Origin: Eledone cirrhosa
Taxonomy: Eukaryota
Direction of reading: 5' to 3'
Assembly (NCBI GenBank): GCA_964016885.1
Contig: OZ024747.1
Coordinates: 54,312,001-54,376,000, forward strand
DNA: 64,000 nucleotides
The stretch's first letter is position 1. Every line of letters begins with the position of its first letter. The notes beneath the pieces were generated by a model that saw nothing but the letters and a program-made list of their open reading frames with translations, was not told the DNA's origin and did no database searches. Positions 44,815 to 58,329 of the stretch are shown here, piece by piece. A program made the translations under genes and the position numbers.

Positions 44815-46140
44815 GTTATGGTGATGGTTGTGGTATTGATAATGGTGGTATTAGTGGTGATGGTGATGGTGATGGTTATGGTTGTGGTATTGATGCTGGT
44901 GGTATTAGCGGTGATGGTGATGGTGATGGCGATGGTGATGGTGATGGTTATGGTTGTGGTTGTGGTATTGATGCTGGTGGTATTAGTGGTGATGGTGATG
45001 GTGATGGTTATGGTGATGGTGATGGTTATGGTTGTGGTATTGATGCTGGTGGTATTAGTGGTGATGGTGATGGTGATGGTTATGGTGATGGTGATGGTTA
45101 TGGTTGTGGTATTGATGCTGGTGGTATTAGTGGTGATGGTGATGGTGATGGTTATGGTTGTGGTATTGATGCTGGTGGTATTAGTGGTGATGGTGATGGT
45201 GATGGTTATGGTTGTGGTATTGATGCTGGTGGTATTAGTGGTGATGGTGATGGTTATGCTTGTGGTATTGATGCTGGTGGTATTAGTGGTGATGGTGATG
45301 GTTATGGTTATGGTTGTGGTATTGATGCTGGTGGTATTAGTGGTGATGGTGATGGTGATGGTGATGGTTATGGTTGTGGTATTGATGCTGGTGGTATTAG
45401 TGGTGATGGTGATGGTGATGGTTATGATTGTGGTATTGATGCTGGTGGTATTAGTGGTGATGGTGATGGTTATGGTTGTGGTATTGATGCTGGTGGTATT
45501 AGTGGTGATGGTGATGGTGATGCTGATGGTTATGGTTGTGGTATTGATGCTGGTGGTATTAGTGGTGATGGTGATGGTGATGGTGATGTTTATGGTTGTG
45601 GTATTGATGATGGTGGTATTAGTGGTGATGGTGATGGTGATGGTGATGGTGATGTTTATGGTTGTGGTATTGATGATGGTGGTATTAGTGGTGATGGTGA
45701 TGGTTATAGTTGTGGTATTGATGCTGGTGGTATTATTGCTGATGGTGATGGTTATGGTTGTGGTATTGATGCTGGTGGTATTAGTGGTGATGGTGATGGT
45801 TATGGTTGAGGTATTGATGATGGTGGTATTAGTGGTGATGGTGATGGTGATCGTGATGGTTATGGTTGTGGTATTGATGCTGGTGATATTAGTGGTGATG
45901 GTGATGGTGATGGTGATGGTTATGGTTGTGGTATTGATGCTGGTGGTATTAGTGGCATTGGTGATGGTGTTGGTTATGGTTGTGGTATTGATGCTGGTGG
46001 TATTAGTGGCATTGGTGATGGTGATGGTTATGGTTGTGGTATTGATGCTGGTGGTATTAGTGGCATTGGTGATGGTTATGGTTGTGGTATTGATACTGGT
46101 GGTATTAGTGGCATTGGTGATGGTGATGGTGATGGCGATG
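44815..46140. repeat. Variable-length minisatellite ggttatggttgtggtattgatgctggtggtattagt(ggtgat)n
   Basis: More than 20 units differing in the number of ggtgat hexamers; embedded in a triplet low-complexity region of about 42100-46670. Confidence 0.93.
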
Positions 46141-46568
46141 GTTCTGGTAATGTTGTTATGTTTTGATTATATTTGAGGCAGTGAAGTTACGGATTCTGAT
46201 GACGGGGTTGGGTTGGTTGGACGTGTGGTTGTTGTTGTTGTTGGTCGTAGTGTTGGTGGACGTGATGGCGGAAAATATGAAGGTGGTGGTGAAGAGTGTG
46301 ATAATAGGGATGGTGGCAATGGTGATGCTAGTTGTTGTGATATGGAGATGGTGCTCCTGCCACTGTCAAGGCTGATGATGATGATGATGATGATATCGGT
46401 GGCAGTGGTATTGTTGATGGTAGTGGTGCTGTCTTTGCTCATAATAATGGCGATTAAAGTAGGGATGGTGATGCTGATGACATTGATGATGATGATGATG
46501 ATGATGATGGTGATGCTGATGACATTGATGATGATGATGATGAGGATGATGATGATGACGACGATAAC

Positions 46569-46615
<47 letters not shown>

Positions 46616-46722
46616 CTACGGTGACGACGATAGTATTGATGAGGAGGTGGATGGTGATGATGATGACAACGCCTTAAACTTCAATAAATATTCGAAATAT
46701 GGAAAAAAAAGAAGAGAATATC

Positions 46723-46808
<86 letters not shown>

Positions 46809-47070
46809 TTAGAGAAAGGGTAGAATAATAGAGATAGATAGATAGAGGGAAAGAAATGTAGATATTATAGAGCGAGAGAGAGAGAAGAAATGTGAAAGGA
46901 AGGTGGGTAATGAAAGGGGTGGGTAGGGACATATAGATAAATGTAGAGAAGGAGAGAAAGAGAGGGAGAACAGGGAGAAAAGTGAAGGGGAAAAGATAGA
47001 GAGAAGAATAGAGAGGGAGAAAGTGAAGCTAAGAACATATATAAAGAATGAATGGAGGTTGAGAGAGAGT

Positions 47071-47173
<103 letters not shown>

Positions 47174-47384
47174 AGAGAGAGATATATATATATAGAGAGA
47201 GAGAGTGTGTGAGAGAGAGAGAGTGTGTGAGATAGAGAGATGTGTGAACTATCTTTACGATTTAACTGACAGTGCTGAGAACTAACATAGGGGATATAGA
47301 ATAAGGGGGAGTGAGAGGGAGCTAAGCAGACAGATAGAGAATGAGATACAGACAGGAGAGAGAGGGAGAGAGAGAGATAGAGAG

Positions 47385-47465
<81 letters not shown>

Positions 47466-47588
47466 TATGTGAAGTATCTTTACCATTTACCAATAGTGCT
47501 CAGAAACTATGTAGAGGATACCTAATCATGTTAACTAAAATTCTGCTTCGATGCTTATTGAAATAATATGGTAATGTAATGAGAATAA

Positions 47589-47647
<59 letters not shown>

Positions 47648-47715
47648 CGTGTGTGTGTGTGTGAGTGTGCGTCTTTCTGTGTATCTATAGATACGTGTAT
47701 ATGTATTTCTATATG

Positions 47716-47818
<103 letters not shown>

Positions 47819-47871
47819 GAGGGTTAGAAATCTGTAGGGTAGAATTTCCATCGTTTATATGTTTTACAGTC

Positions 47872-47930
47872 GCTATTATACGTATTTCGATGGTAACACT
47901 TATGAATCAGTTACGGCCTCATCTGGCAGC
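47872..47930 (-). ncRNA. Degenerate hammerhead ribozyme
   Basis: Minus strand: GCTGC-CAGATGA-GGCCGTAAC..GTTACCATC-GAAA-TACGTA-TA-ATAGC; pLTR ends in (TA)n at about 47816. Confidence 0.6.
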
Positions 47931-48229
47931 TATTACGTGAATAGAAAGTTACATGAATAAAATGACATTAGCATATATATATAGATAACAATTACTCATG
48001 CGCTTTCTATTCAGTGATATGCTAAGTGGGATTATGGATGTTGTTGCGTGAAAATCCTGCTGACATGAATTAATACAAACAAGCATATATGTCATCAGGT
48101 GTTTGAGGCAGAACATTAATAACCTGCCCGTTGTATATCACTGAATGAGAACAGCATGACTATTTTTTTAATCTTTATTTTATACATGTCATTGTATTCC
48201 TGTATTTTTTTGACAACACATGACAATAC

Positions 48230-48850
48230 AGGACGGTACAAATGGCAGAAATCCAGCCTCTGAAGACAGGACCAAAGCCATCCGCCCTCAGGACTGCGCC
48301 AGATAACGATGGTCGACCCTATCGAAAGCTTTCTACTGATCTAAATTGATCAAGGACCCACCTGTGCCAGGTTCCCAAGCTATCCTCTCTACGCTGTATC
48401 GCATGAGGTGGAGGTTGTCGTGGATGTATCTTTCTGGAATGGTGCATGTCTGTGCCTCTCCCACCAGACAACCAGCGACAAGCGCGAACCTCTTTGCTAG
48501 CACCTTAGCCAAAATCTTGAACCCTCTGTTTAGCAGAGTTATGGGCCAGAAATTATCTATGTTATCACCCTTGTTCGGGTCCTTTCTCAACAGCACCACC
48601 GCTCCTCGGCTCACAGAGCCGGGAATTCTCCCGTTCTGCTGCCAGTTGCAATAGACGTCCGCCAAGAGGTCTCCGAACAAGTCTGGCATATGTACGTAAA
48701 GTTCGTAGAGCAGACCAACCAAACCAGGCGATTTACCCATTGTGCAGCCAGTCATTGCCTCCAGTACTTCAGAAGGTGTTATCGGCTTTTCGCAACACTC
48801 CGCCTCAGTGGCCGTGACAGTCCGTTGAGGTAGGCACTAGAGTCCATCCC
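48230..48850 (-). pseudogene. L1/Tx1-clade LINE reverse transcriptase fragment
   Basis: KSPGLVGLLYELY..VLLRK..NFWPITLLNRGFKILAKVLAKR..EAQTC..IHDNL..LINLDQ*KAFDRVDH. Confidence 0.9.
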
Positions 48851-49013
48851 GCGATAATATATATATAGAGAGTATGTGTGGTTGTTTACCGACACCTCAG
48901 TAGGCAGATTGGAGCACTCGACGAAGTATGCAGGTTCGTTTGTTTATTCCGGGGTAATGTAAAATAAAATTTGTAAGTAAAAAATGTTAAAGAAACTTTC
49001 GTTTATTCCAATT

Positions 49014-49070
49014 CTCTGCTATATATATTTCAGTGACAGCCATTATTGGCTGTGACCTCATCAGGTAGCA
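49014..49070 (-). ncRNA. Minimal hammerhead ribozyme, family D (element about 48870-49140)
   Basis: Minus strand: CTAC-CTGATGA-GGTCACAGCCA-ATAA-TGGCTGTCACT-GAAA-TATATA-TA-GCAG. Confidence 0.78.
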
Positions 49071-49167
49071 AGAATTAATGTAGAAAAAACAGGTTAACAT
49101 GGTATTGTAATGTGGTATATAATGTGTTCCACTCTGTTAATATATATATATATATATAAATATATAT

Positions 49168-50090
49168 ATCACGATAAATTAACGGAGGCATAGGCCCTCG
49201 CTATTCCCTGTAAATAATGTGCTCAAAGGAGAAGAAATCCTGAGCTCTTTAAAATACAATATGTTGAAATGGTAACACACCAGAGAGAGATATACAGTGC
49301 GCTATCAATAAAACAGGGAAAAAAACCACCAGTGTATGGAATCTATAACCTATGAAAGGCAGACTATAGACACGATAATTAAAAATATAAATTAAAGCGT
49401 AAATAAATACCTCTATAACTATATAACACACGTACAAATCCAAAGATACTAATACAAAGATAAGTTTCACCAGTAATTTGTTGAAAAGAATGGGTTAGCC
49501 TCGGTTCATCAGCGTGTATTTCAGAGAATACTAAGAGAATTTTAAAAGTGACTGTCCAGCTACACGTGGGAGAGAGACGTCACAGCGTGTTTAAGGGCAG
49601 TGAACCAGTGGCCTCTGAGGGATGAACTGCTAGAAAGGGCAGCCCAAAGCCACTCAGAGAAGTGTGCTCAACCAAACAGAGAAATGAAAGACTGTTATTA
49701 GGAGAGAAATATCACGATAAATAAACGGAGGCATAGGCCCTCGCTATTCCCTGTAAATAATGTGCTCAAAGGAGAAGAAATCCTGAGCTCTTTAAAATAC
49801 TATATGTTGAAAAGGTAACACACCAGAGAGAGATATACAGGGCGCTATCAATAAAACAGCGAAAAAAACCACCAGTGTATGGAATCTATAACCTATGAAA
49901 GGTTATAGATTCCATACACTGGTGGTGTTTTTCCCTGTTTTATTGATAGCGCCCTGTAAAGGTTATAGATTCCATACACTAGTGGTTTTTTTCACTGTTT
50001 TATTGATAGCGCACTGTATATATCTCTCTGGTGTGTTACCTTTTCAACATATTGTATTTTTCAACATATTGTATTATAAATATTTATATA
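49168..50090 (-). mobile_element. Non-coding 543-bp HHR-containing unit in partial tandem plus inverted arm (non-autonomous PLE or retrozyme-like)
   Basis: 49168-49357 repeats at 49711-49900; HHR at 49451-49520 (-) ATACACG-CTGATGA-ACC..GGT-GAAACTTATC-TTTGTAT; inverted partial copies from 49901 and 49961. Confidence 0.75.
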
Positions 50091-50306
50091 TATAAATTCA
50101 TTGAGAATCGCATTTCGGCGGGTAGAAAAAGCGAAACGAAACGCAAAATCACAGTCATGCTGGCAAGCGCTCCATAGTTAAAAAACCAGTGCTAAACATA
50201 TGTTATAAAGGCCATACAAAACTGAAAAGGCAGTCAAGAAGGCATTAACCACCTAAGTCAAAAAACAAATCAAGCTAAACATGTCAGACAAAATAAATGA
50301 TAAAAT

Positions 50307-50338
<32 letters not shown>

Positions 50339-50436
50339 GTAATATATATATATATATATATATATAGCGATTCTTTGTTTAAACTTTAATCTGTTATTTT
50401 AATAAATATATATATATATATAGAGAGAGAGAGATT

Positions 50437-50839
50437 TTGAGTATATGTTGGTTGTATACCAACACCTCAGTATGCAGATTGGAGCACTCGACGAAGTGCG
50501 CAGGTTGGTTTGGTTACTCCGGAGTAATGTAAAATAAAATAAAATAAATAAGTCCAATGTTTAAAATTTAGCTTCGTTTATTACTGCTATATATATTTCG
50601 AGGAACTGGAATCATATGATTCCAGTTCCTCAGTGAAATAACAACCCAACCAGGAACTAGGCATATCAGAGTATTGACAAGGTTATACACCTCAACAACA
50701 TATGTACTTGTCTATACCACATTAATTCGGACTGCTTGAAGAGGTCACAGCCAAAGATGGCTGTCACCGAAATATATAAATATATATAGCAGTAATAAAC
50801 GAAGCTAAATTTTAAACATTTGACTTATTTATTTTATTT

Positions 50840-50846
<7 letters not shown>
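50437..50846. mobile_element. Fold-back family D insertion with HHR at 50731-50793 (+)
   Basis: Left arm ends at tttcg (GAAA complement); 32-bp perfect palindrome at 50600-50631; right arm ACTGC-TTGAAGA-GGTCACAGCCA-AAGA-TGGCTGTCACC-GAAA..TA-GCAGT. Confidence 0.8.
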
Positions 50847-50875
<29 letters not shown>

Positions 50876-51810
50876 AATATATAAATATATATAAATATAA
50901 ATATACACACATATATGAACCAATTTGGACCCATTGGAATTGATGGTAAAATCCAAATATAGGGTTATGAGGCCGTAACTGATCCAAATATAGTTATGAG
51001 GCCGTAATTGATTCTATGACTCCTAAATCAATAATACTGTCTGCTTAAAACTAAGTGTGCAATCATACATAGCTAGGTAGGTCACTAATTAAGGTTTAAC
51101 TAGAGCTTCAAATATTACCTTTTCAAAATTATCCCCTTTGATTGTTTCATGTGTTTATTTTAAATATATATATATATATATGTCAATCAATTCCTAGTTG
51201 ATATATATATACATAAATATATATACTACTGTATAAGGATATATATATATATAAAAGATATATATATTTATAAACATATAAATATGCATAGATATATAAT
51301 ATATACATATATACATGTTCATTTATATATACTTGTATTTTAATTGTATAGTGCGACTTTATGTCTATTAGCATTAACCCTTTTCCACAGAAACACACAT
51401 AAACCCACACACACACAGAAACACACATAAACCCACACACACAGAACCACTCAAACACTCACTTACTGATGTCTGTTTGTCCCTTGTGTCTTATATAAAA
51501 GTATATGGCTACTACTACCTATTAGAGGGCGTTGTACAAATCCAGATGTTTTCATTCATTTGCTATTGTCTATGACACATGCCAACATATGCTAGCTATT
51601 ATATATGAAGACCACCTTCCCCAGACTCTATCACTATCATCGGTAGATCAGCAATCATATACCCACCACCACTGAATGGAATGTCTTCATACAATGTCTG
51701 CTCGCAGAAATAATGTCATTGAAACAATTGTTATCTCCATCATGGAAACTCATAAATTTTAGTATAAAGATCGGAGTCAATTATTCCATAAGAAGCCAAT
51801 GTAAAGTTTG

Positions 51811-51935
<125 letters not shown>

Positions 51936-51944
51936 AATAATAAT

Positions 51945-52446
51945 AATTGCTTCTACTTTAGCCACAAGGCCAGCAAATTACCCAGTGCATTACCGGTACT
52001 TTATTTTATCGACCCCGTAAGGATGAAAGGCAAAGTCAACCTCGGCGGGATTTGAACTCAGATCGTAAAGGGACGTAACTACTACTACTAATAATAATAA
52101 TAATTGCTTCTACTTTAGGCACAAGGCCAGCAAATCCCCAGTGCATTACTGGTACTTTATTTTATCGACCCCGTAAGGATGAAAGGCAAAGTCAACCTCG
52201 GCGGGCTAATAATAATAATAATAATAATAATAATTGTTTCTAGATTTGGTATAAGTTCAGCAATTTGAAGGGATGTGGAATGTTGATTGATTCGACCCCA
52301 GTATGTTACTGGTGGCCCTATTTTACCGACACCCGTAAAGATAAAATGCAAAGTTTACCTCAGAGTGAGTAAAACACAGAACATAAAGTGACGTAACGAT
52401 ATGACAAAGTATTTTGTCCGGCATTCTACGGATTCTGCCACGCTAC
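51945..52446 (-). mobile_element. Three head-to-tail SINE copies flanked by (CTA)n(CTG)n(TAA)n and (CCT)n(CTA)n triplet tracts
   Basis: Core reverse complement ttttatcgaccccgtaaggatgaaaggcaaagtcaacctcggcggg, repeated. Confidence 0.85.
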
Positions 52447-52524
52447 TTCCTCCTCCTCCTCCTCCTCCTCCTCCTCCTCTTACAACTACTACTACTACTA
52501 CTACTACAACTACTACTACTACTG

Positions 52525-52567
<43 letters not shown>

Positions 52568-53536
52568 GACGACGACGACGACGACGATGACGACGACGAG
52601 AACCACACCACGCTCCTTCATATTCATAATGCTTTCTTTATTAACCACAAGGGTTTACATAAAGTAGACATTAAGGAGAGTACAGGACAATGCAGGACAA
52701 TACATATTCATAATGCGATAATTTGATATGTTTATATCAGGTGAGACACTGTACACATTCATAACGGTTATTCACCACCACATATACGCGACAATGTTTA
52801 TTCCTACTCATAGAAGTATTATGCATGTGCGGTTATATTTCTAGTCTTCTACTCGTTTAAGAATATGGCCGCAACAGACATCCATTGTTACCCGCACGAA
52901 TGACGATGCGGTATGATTCTTTCATTACCTCTATCCATAGAACACTGTTGGTGTTATTCTTCGCAACAGTCATCAACCTATTACTTTTCCCACAACCGCT
53001 AAGCCTAGGCTTTTTTTTAGAGGCATCCTTTACTTGCTTAGTCATAGCCATTACTTCCATCCCCCTAAGAATCAAAAACTTTTGGTAGCGGGGGGTGGGG
53101 GTGGGGCGTATTCACTCGACATGTGCCCTCTTATATAACAACTAAAAATCATATCTGGTGGCCGTATCGCTATCTGATACCTGCGAGAAATTGTATAGCA
53201 GAAAAGCTATGCCGAAAAGGCTCTGCAGAAAAGCTCTGCCGAAAATATTAGAGCATAATTTAGTAGGAATTAATAAATTAAATAAACGAACTTACGTAAT
53301 ACATGTATTCACTGTGCTGAAATCATATTCTCCTTAGGAACGTAAAACCAGAAAAGTGTGAAAAAGTGTATCAAACATGATTTTAGTACATGAATATATG
53401 TAATCGTGGCCCTGCAGATACAGAGATTGAAGTGGAGAATGAAAACTATTCAGTGATATTTCCTTATGCACCTGTATATATATATGTATGTATACATATA
53501 TGATTATATATATATATATGTGTATATATATATATA

Positions 53537-53625
<89 letters not shown>

Positions 53626-53951
53626 AATGTAATAGATATCCATCATGAATTCATTGATTAATTAATTTATATATTTTATTATTGTAATGATAATTGATTT
53701 AAGAATAATTGAAATATCGATACAGCAATAAAGAAATAGCTGCAAATGCGAAATTATACACCCTCAGCAAAATTGGTACACATATATGTTTATACACCCA
53801 CACGCAACACACACACACGCACACACACACGCACACACGCACACACACATACACACATCTGTCTCTGTATATATATATATGCATATGTGTGTATATATAT
53901 ATATATAAATATATAAATAAATAAACATATATATATATATATATATATATA

Positions 53952-53991
<40 letters not shown>

Positions 53992-54321
53992 GCATGAATA
54001 ACACACTATACACACAGCATGCACATGTATGAACATGTATGAACAAGATGAGAATCACAGAGAAACATTCACTACAAAGCGAACGTGAAATTTAATTAAA
54101 TTGAATAATTCCAGTTTACCTACTGCATTTCTCGTACTGTTCAATATCTAATAACCTTTTTACCGTTCTACCATTTTCTCCGTAATTAAGTACGTATGAA
54201 TAAATGTCTACATATATATGTATGTACACACACACATACGCACACACACACATATATATATATATAAATATATATATACATACATATATATATATGTACC
54301 TATGCTTGTCTCTCTCTCCCC

Positions 54322-54356
<35 letters not shown>

Positions 54357-54627
54357 TATTTATTTTATTTATGTGTGTGTGTGTGTGTGTGCTTGTGCAT
54401 ATGTGTGTGTGTGTGCGTGAATGTGATTGTCTTCAGGTGCGAACACGTTTTGATAGCAATGTAAGATACGGTAGTGTGTTATAGATCTAGTTTGCCGCTT
54501 AAGTCTATCTAACTCTCTAAACACAAACCTCACTTTTTCTCTTTCTCTATCTACCTATATATACAAACGGGTGAGCGCGTGTCTGTATGTAAGTGTGTAT
54601 ATATATATATATATATATACATATATC

Positions 54628-55018
54628 TAGGAGGAGAGTTTTATTGTAGCACAATAAAGCAATGCAAATATCGGATAAGTAGCGCTCAACAGTTTATAGG
54701 ACTGGAGTATAAATAATACAAAATCAAAAGATGGTTAAAAGAGTTCCATGTATTTTATTATGCGCATTTCAAAAACAAATATCATCATGGGATGATATTT
54801 GCGTTCACATCAGATAAAAATGATATGAAGCTTAAAAAACACTTGCGAGCAGTGAATTTAACACTTCACTGCTCGCAAATGTGTTTTAAGCTTCATATCA
54901 TGTCTCCCTATTTTATCTGATGAGAACGCAAATATCATCCCATGATGATATTTGTTTTTGAAATGCGCATAATAAAATAAATGGAACTCTTTTAACCATC
55001 TTTTGATTTTATATTATA
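54628..55018. mobile_element. Fold-back PLE end with an HHR in each arm
   Basis: About 54713-54855 is the reverse complement of 54865-55016; TA repeats on both sides. Confidence 0.85.
54909..54979 (+). ncRNA. Intact minimal type-I hammerhead ribozyme
   Basis: TATTTTAT-CTGATGA-GAACGCAAATATCATC-CCAT-GATGATATTTGTTTTT-GAAA-TGCGCA-TA-ATAAAATA; 8-bp perfect stem I, palindromic loop III. Confidence 0.88.
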
Positions 55019-55023
55019 CATAC

Positions 55024-55055
<32 letters not shown>

Positions 55056-55107
55056 GAACGGAACTTGAACCGTTATGGGTATGTCACTATTTATGAGATA
55101 AATTTTG

Positions 55108-55168
55108 TATTTTATCTGATGAGACCGTACCGAAATGATGGTACCCTTGAAATATATATAATAGAATA
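55108..55168 (+). ncRNA. Minimal hammerhead ribozyme, family B
   Basis: TATTTTAT-CTGATGA-GACCGTACC-GAAATGAT-GGTACCCTT-GAAA-TATATA-TA-ATAGAATA; element 55054-55247 lies between (TA)n tracts. Confidence 0.82.
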
Positions 55169-55244
55169 AATATGGTTTTATAAATATAGTTTCCATTTTT
55201 AATATCATTGATATTAATAAATAGCCGTCGGTGACATACATTTT

Positions 55245-55317
<73 letters not shown>

Positions 55318-55971
55318 GCACACGCACATACAAGTATTTGTATGTGTCGAAGGGTCATATACAGAATAACTACTATAAATAACAAAATTAATATAAAGAT
55401 TTAAAAGTGTAATAAAAATTCAAGTAAGTAATTAGTTGTGTTTTTGTCATAACAGTTAAAAGAAGTTGATTAGTGACTAATTTATTTAAATACAATCGCT
55501 GGCAACTTCTAACAAACAGCTGTTTGGTTGGTAGGGTTTTCTTTCCTCTTATTCTAAAATATGTTTTAAAACTCATTTGGTATTTTATGTATGCCTGTGT
55601 GTGTATGACCGTGTGTATGTGTACGTATATGTATTTAAGTATGCATATGTATACATGTATATAAACTCACACGCATATATATATATATGTGTTTGTGCGT
55701 GTGTGTGTGTGTGCATTTATGTACATATAAAAATGAGCAACCTCATCGCTAGAACAGCCGTAAAAACAGTTGTGCTGTCAAAGTCAGCGATGGGCAAAAA
55801 TGCCTCAGAGATCAGAGTCTAGCGGTCAGTGGTCAACAGAGAGATAATGCACAATTTTTCTCTCTCTTGCTTTCTGGGTGTTGCAATGAACATTGCGACT
55901 CGAAACCTTGAGTAGCGCTTTTGTTCCGTGTATGAAGATAGATAAATAATATATACATACACACACATTTT

Positions 55972-55999
<28 letters not shown>

Positions 56000-56005
<6 letters not shown>

Positions 56006-56184
56006 TGAGATTCTACAGGACTAGAACTGTTTCATTCTTTAGAAATCATCAGGATTCCTGATGATTTCTAAAGAATGAAACAGTTCTAGTCCTGTAGAAT
56101 CTCATCTATATTAAAACTTTTATACTCTGCTATGTATTGAGTACCTTACTTACTGTGGTTACCTCCGATTCAACCCGGAATAAC

Positions 56185-56185
<1 letters not shown>
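56000..56185. mobile_element. Fold-back PLE end, palindrome centred at 56055 next to an HHR core
   Basis: ..gaaatcatcagga-t-tcCTGATGAtttctaaagaatGAAACagttctaGTC..; about 55-bp arms; long arm runs to 56185. Confidence 0.85.
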
Positions 56186-56214
<29 letters not shown>

Positions 56215-56218
<4 letters not shown>

Positions 56219-56422
56219 CGAAGGAAATGTGGTAAGGAACCAAGTGGACCATAACGCACCAAAGTACTCAATACTTAGGGTAATAGAGTGGGTAACAGGA
56301 ACGAGTAGGACCTCGATGGCTAAGCTCAAGCCGTTTCGACGGCTAATTCTGGACTGAATTCTGGACTGAATTAGCCGTCGAAACGCCTTGAGCTCAGCCG
56401 TCGGGGTCCTACTCGTTCCTAT
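56215..56422. mobile_element. Fold-back family A copy 3
   Basis: Same ends as 1501-1714 and 27578-27740; centre gacggctaattctggactgaattctggactgaattagccgtc. Confidence 0.85.
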
Positions 56423-56451
56423 ATATATATGTATATATATATATATATATA

Positions 56452-56779
56452 TATAATTGAATATAAAAGAAAAACGAATAGATATATATACATATATGAG
56501 TTCAAATCATAAGGGACCAGATTCGGTAGTTACCACAATTCCTGTTTGTATATATTTTCTTGAGTTTTTCTTAAATTGAGACAAGCAAACCCAATTGTCT
56601 ATAGTTAGTATTCTTTTCACCTTAGCGAATCTGGTCCCTTACGATTTGAACTCATATATGTATATATTTATGTTCGTTTTCTTTTATATTCAATTATAAT
56701 ATACGGCTCGGAAATATCTCTTAGAGCTATTTTGTTGTAAGAGACTATTTTGAGTTCCTAACTCAATATATACCTTTGA
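56452..56779. mobile_element. Fold-back insertion between (TA)n tracts (no HHR visible)
   Basis: Arms 56452-56525 and 56626-56698 are inverted; about 100-bp spacer; long arm runs to 56779. Confidence 0.7.
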
Positions 56780-58011
56780 TATATATATATATATATCAAC
56801 ATAATTGAAGCCTCCTTCGTTTCCTACAGGATTTTCACCAACAGTATACAGCTTATACGTGCAGACTGAAAATATTTCCATTTTTTTAACAAAAGATTAT
56901 AGTAGAAAGTATTTCCTTTATGTATGCAATTTGATCATCCGTTTACGAAAACCCTTCTTTATGCAATGTACGAATGAATGCGAAAATATAATCTAGTTTG
57001 CAATACTTTCCAACCTAATCAACAGAGGCTACGACATATTACTTTTTGATTTATAAGCATAGTTTGAGGAACTGTTCCCATGATCCTTCGCGACGCTTCC
57101 TAGAAAACTGGGGAAAATGAGGGAAAACACGTTGAAACTTGATCCTTGGTGAAAATACTTGCATAGGTGTATTTCTATGTGTATGGGAATGTGTGTGGTT
57201 TTGTGGGTTTGTTTGTATGACAGTATTATTGGAACTCCATCGGTAACAACGACGCGTGTTCCAGTAAGAATATGCTTGGGGAATTACAGTTAAGTGCCAA
57301 AACATTCCAAAGACACGTGTATCCTTATATATTTCTCATTGTGATGAACGTGACGTTATGTGTGATACAGTTGGCCGGTTGCATTAGAAGTACAATGCAT
57401 TTTTTATTGTTGAGTTGATTGGAGGAACGAGAAATGAAACACATTACTGAAGGAAAAGGTAGGTTGAACGGATTGAAAATTGTGACCATAAGATCGTTAT
57501 TGGAACACCATAACACAAAGCCACATTCGTTCATGTAAAGCGTGGACACCAGTAAAGGCACTTAAGTTCCATGTGATTTTGTTAAACCTGCTGAAAGATT
57601 TTCTCTACCATCCAATAGGTTAAACACTGAGGAACGATATACATTTTTTCTTAGCTTGAATAAATATAAGATCCGAATACTGAATCAATAAATACATAAA
57701 TAAATAAGTTAAAACAAATATATAAACATATATATTTGGACATGTATTCGCTTGCTTGTTCACACTTCAGCAGGTTGCAGAAAAGTTGTTCGGTGAGAAG
57801 CCTCAACTCAGTGAAAAATGCATCCAGGAGAGATGTGGAGAAGTCATCCTTGCTTGCTCATGAAATTATATACATACGTACGTTCATACATACCTACTTA
57901 CACATAGGCACATACACACATACACACACACACGAACACACACACACACACACGCACACAAACACACAAACACACACACACATACACACGCACACACACA
58001 CACACATACAT

Positions 58012-58079
<68 letters not shown>

Positions 58080-58329
58080 TCTTCATTAAGTACTGTATGT
58101 TGACAGTACGCTTGAATATGCTTAATCTTCGTTAATATTTTAATAATTAAATGTGCTTCCAGCAATGTGACTACTTAACTACCTAATTAACATGCGGATG
58201 CCGTTCGATAATAAGTTATTTTAGCAGTATTTCTCTTCCTGTAAGTCAACAGATTGAGGAGAAATTAATCCTCCACCTAAGCAACTCCACGCTTTCTTTT
58301 AAACATCAGGGCCTTTGGGCGAAAAACCA

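Noticed and set aside
44335-46176. 613-aa V/M/L-rich ORF resembling a membrane protein
   Set aside because: Product of (GGT/GAT) minisatellite periodicity; no domain features
52857-53088. Short complex-sequence ORFs
   Set aside because: No recognisable motif; at most a highly decayed TE
53196-53247. gc(a/c)gaaaagct(a/c)t short tandem, about 4 copies
   Set aside because: No matching inverted end found, so an element cannot be defined
57051-57650. Possible transposase remnant
   Set aside because: Only vague similarity; no catalytic motif or TIR identifiable
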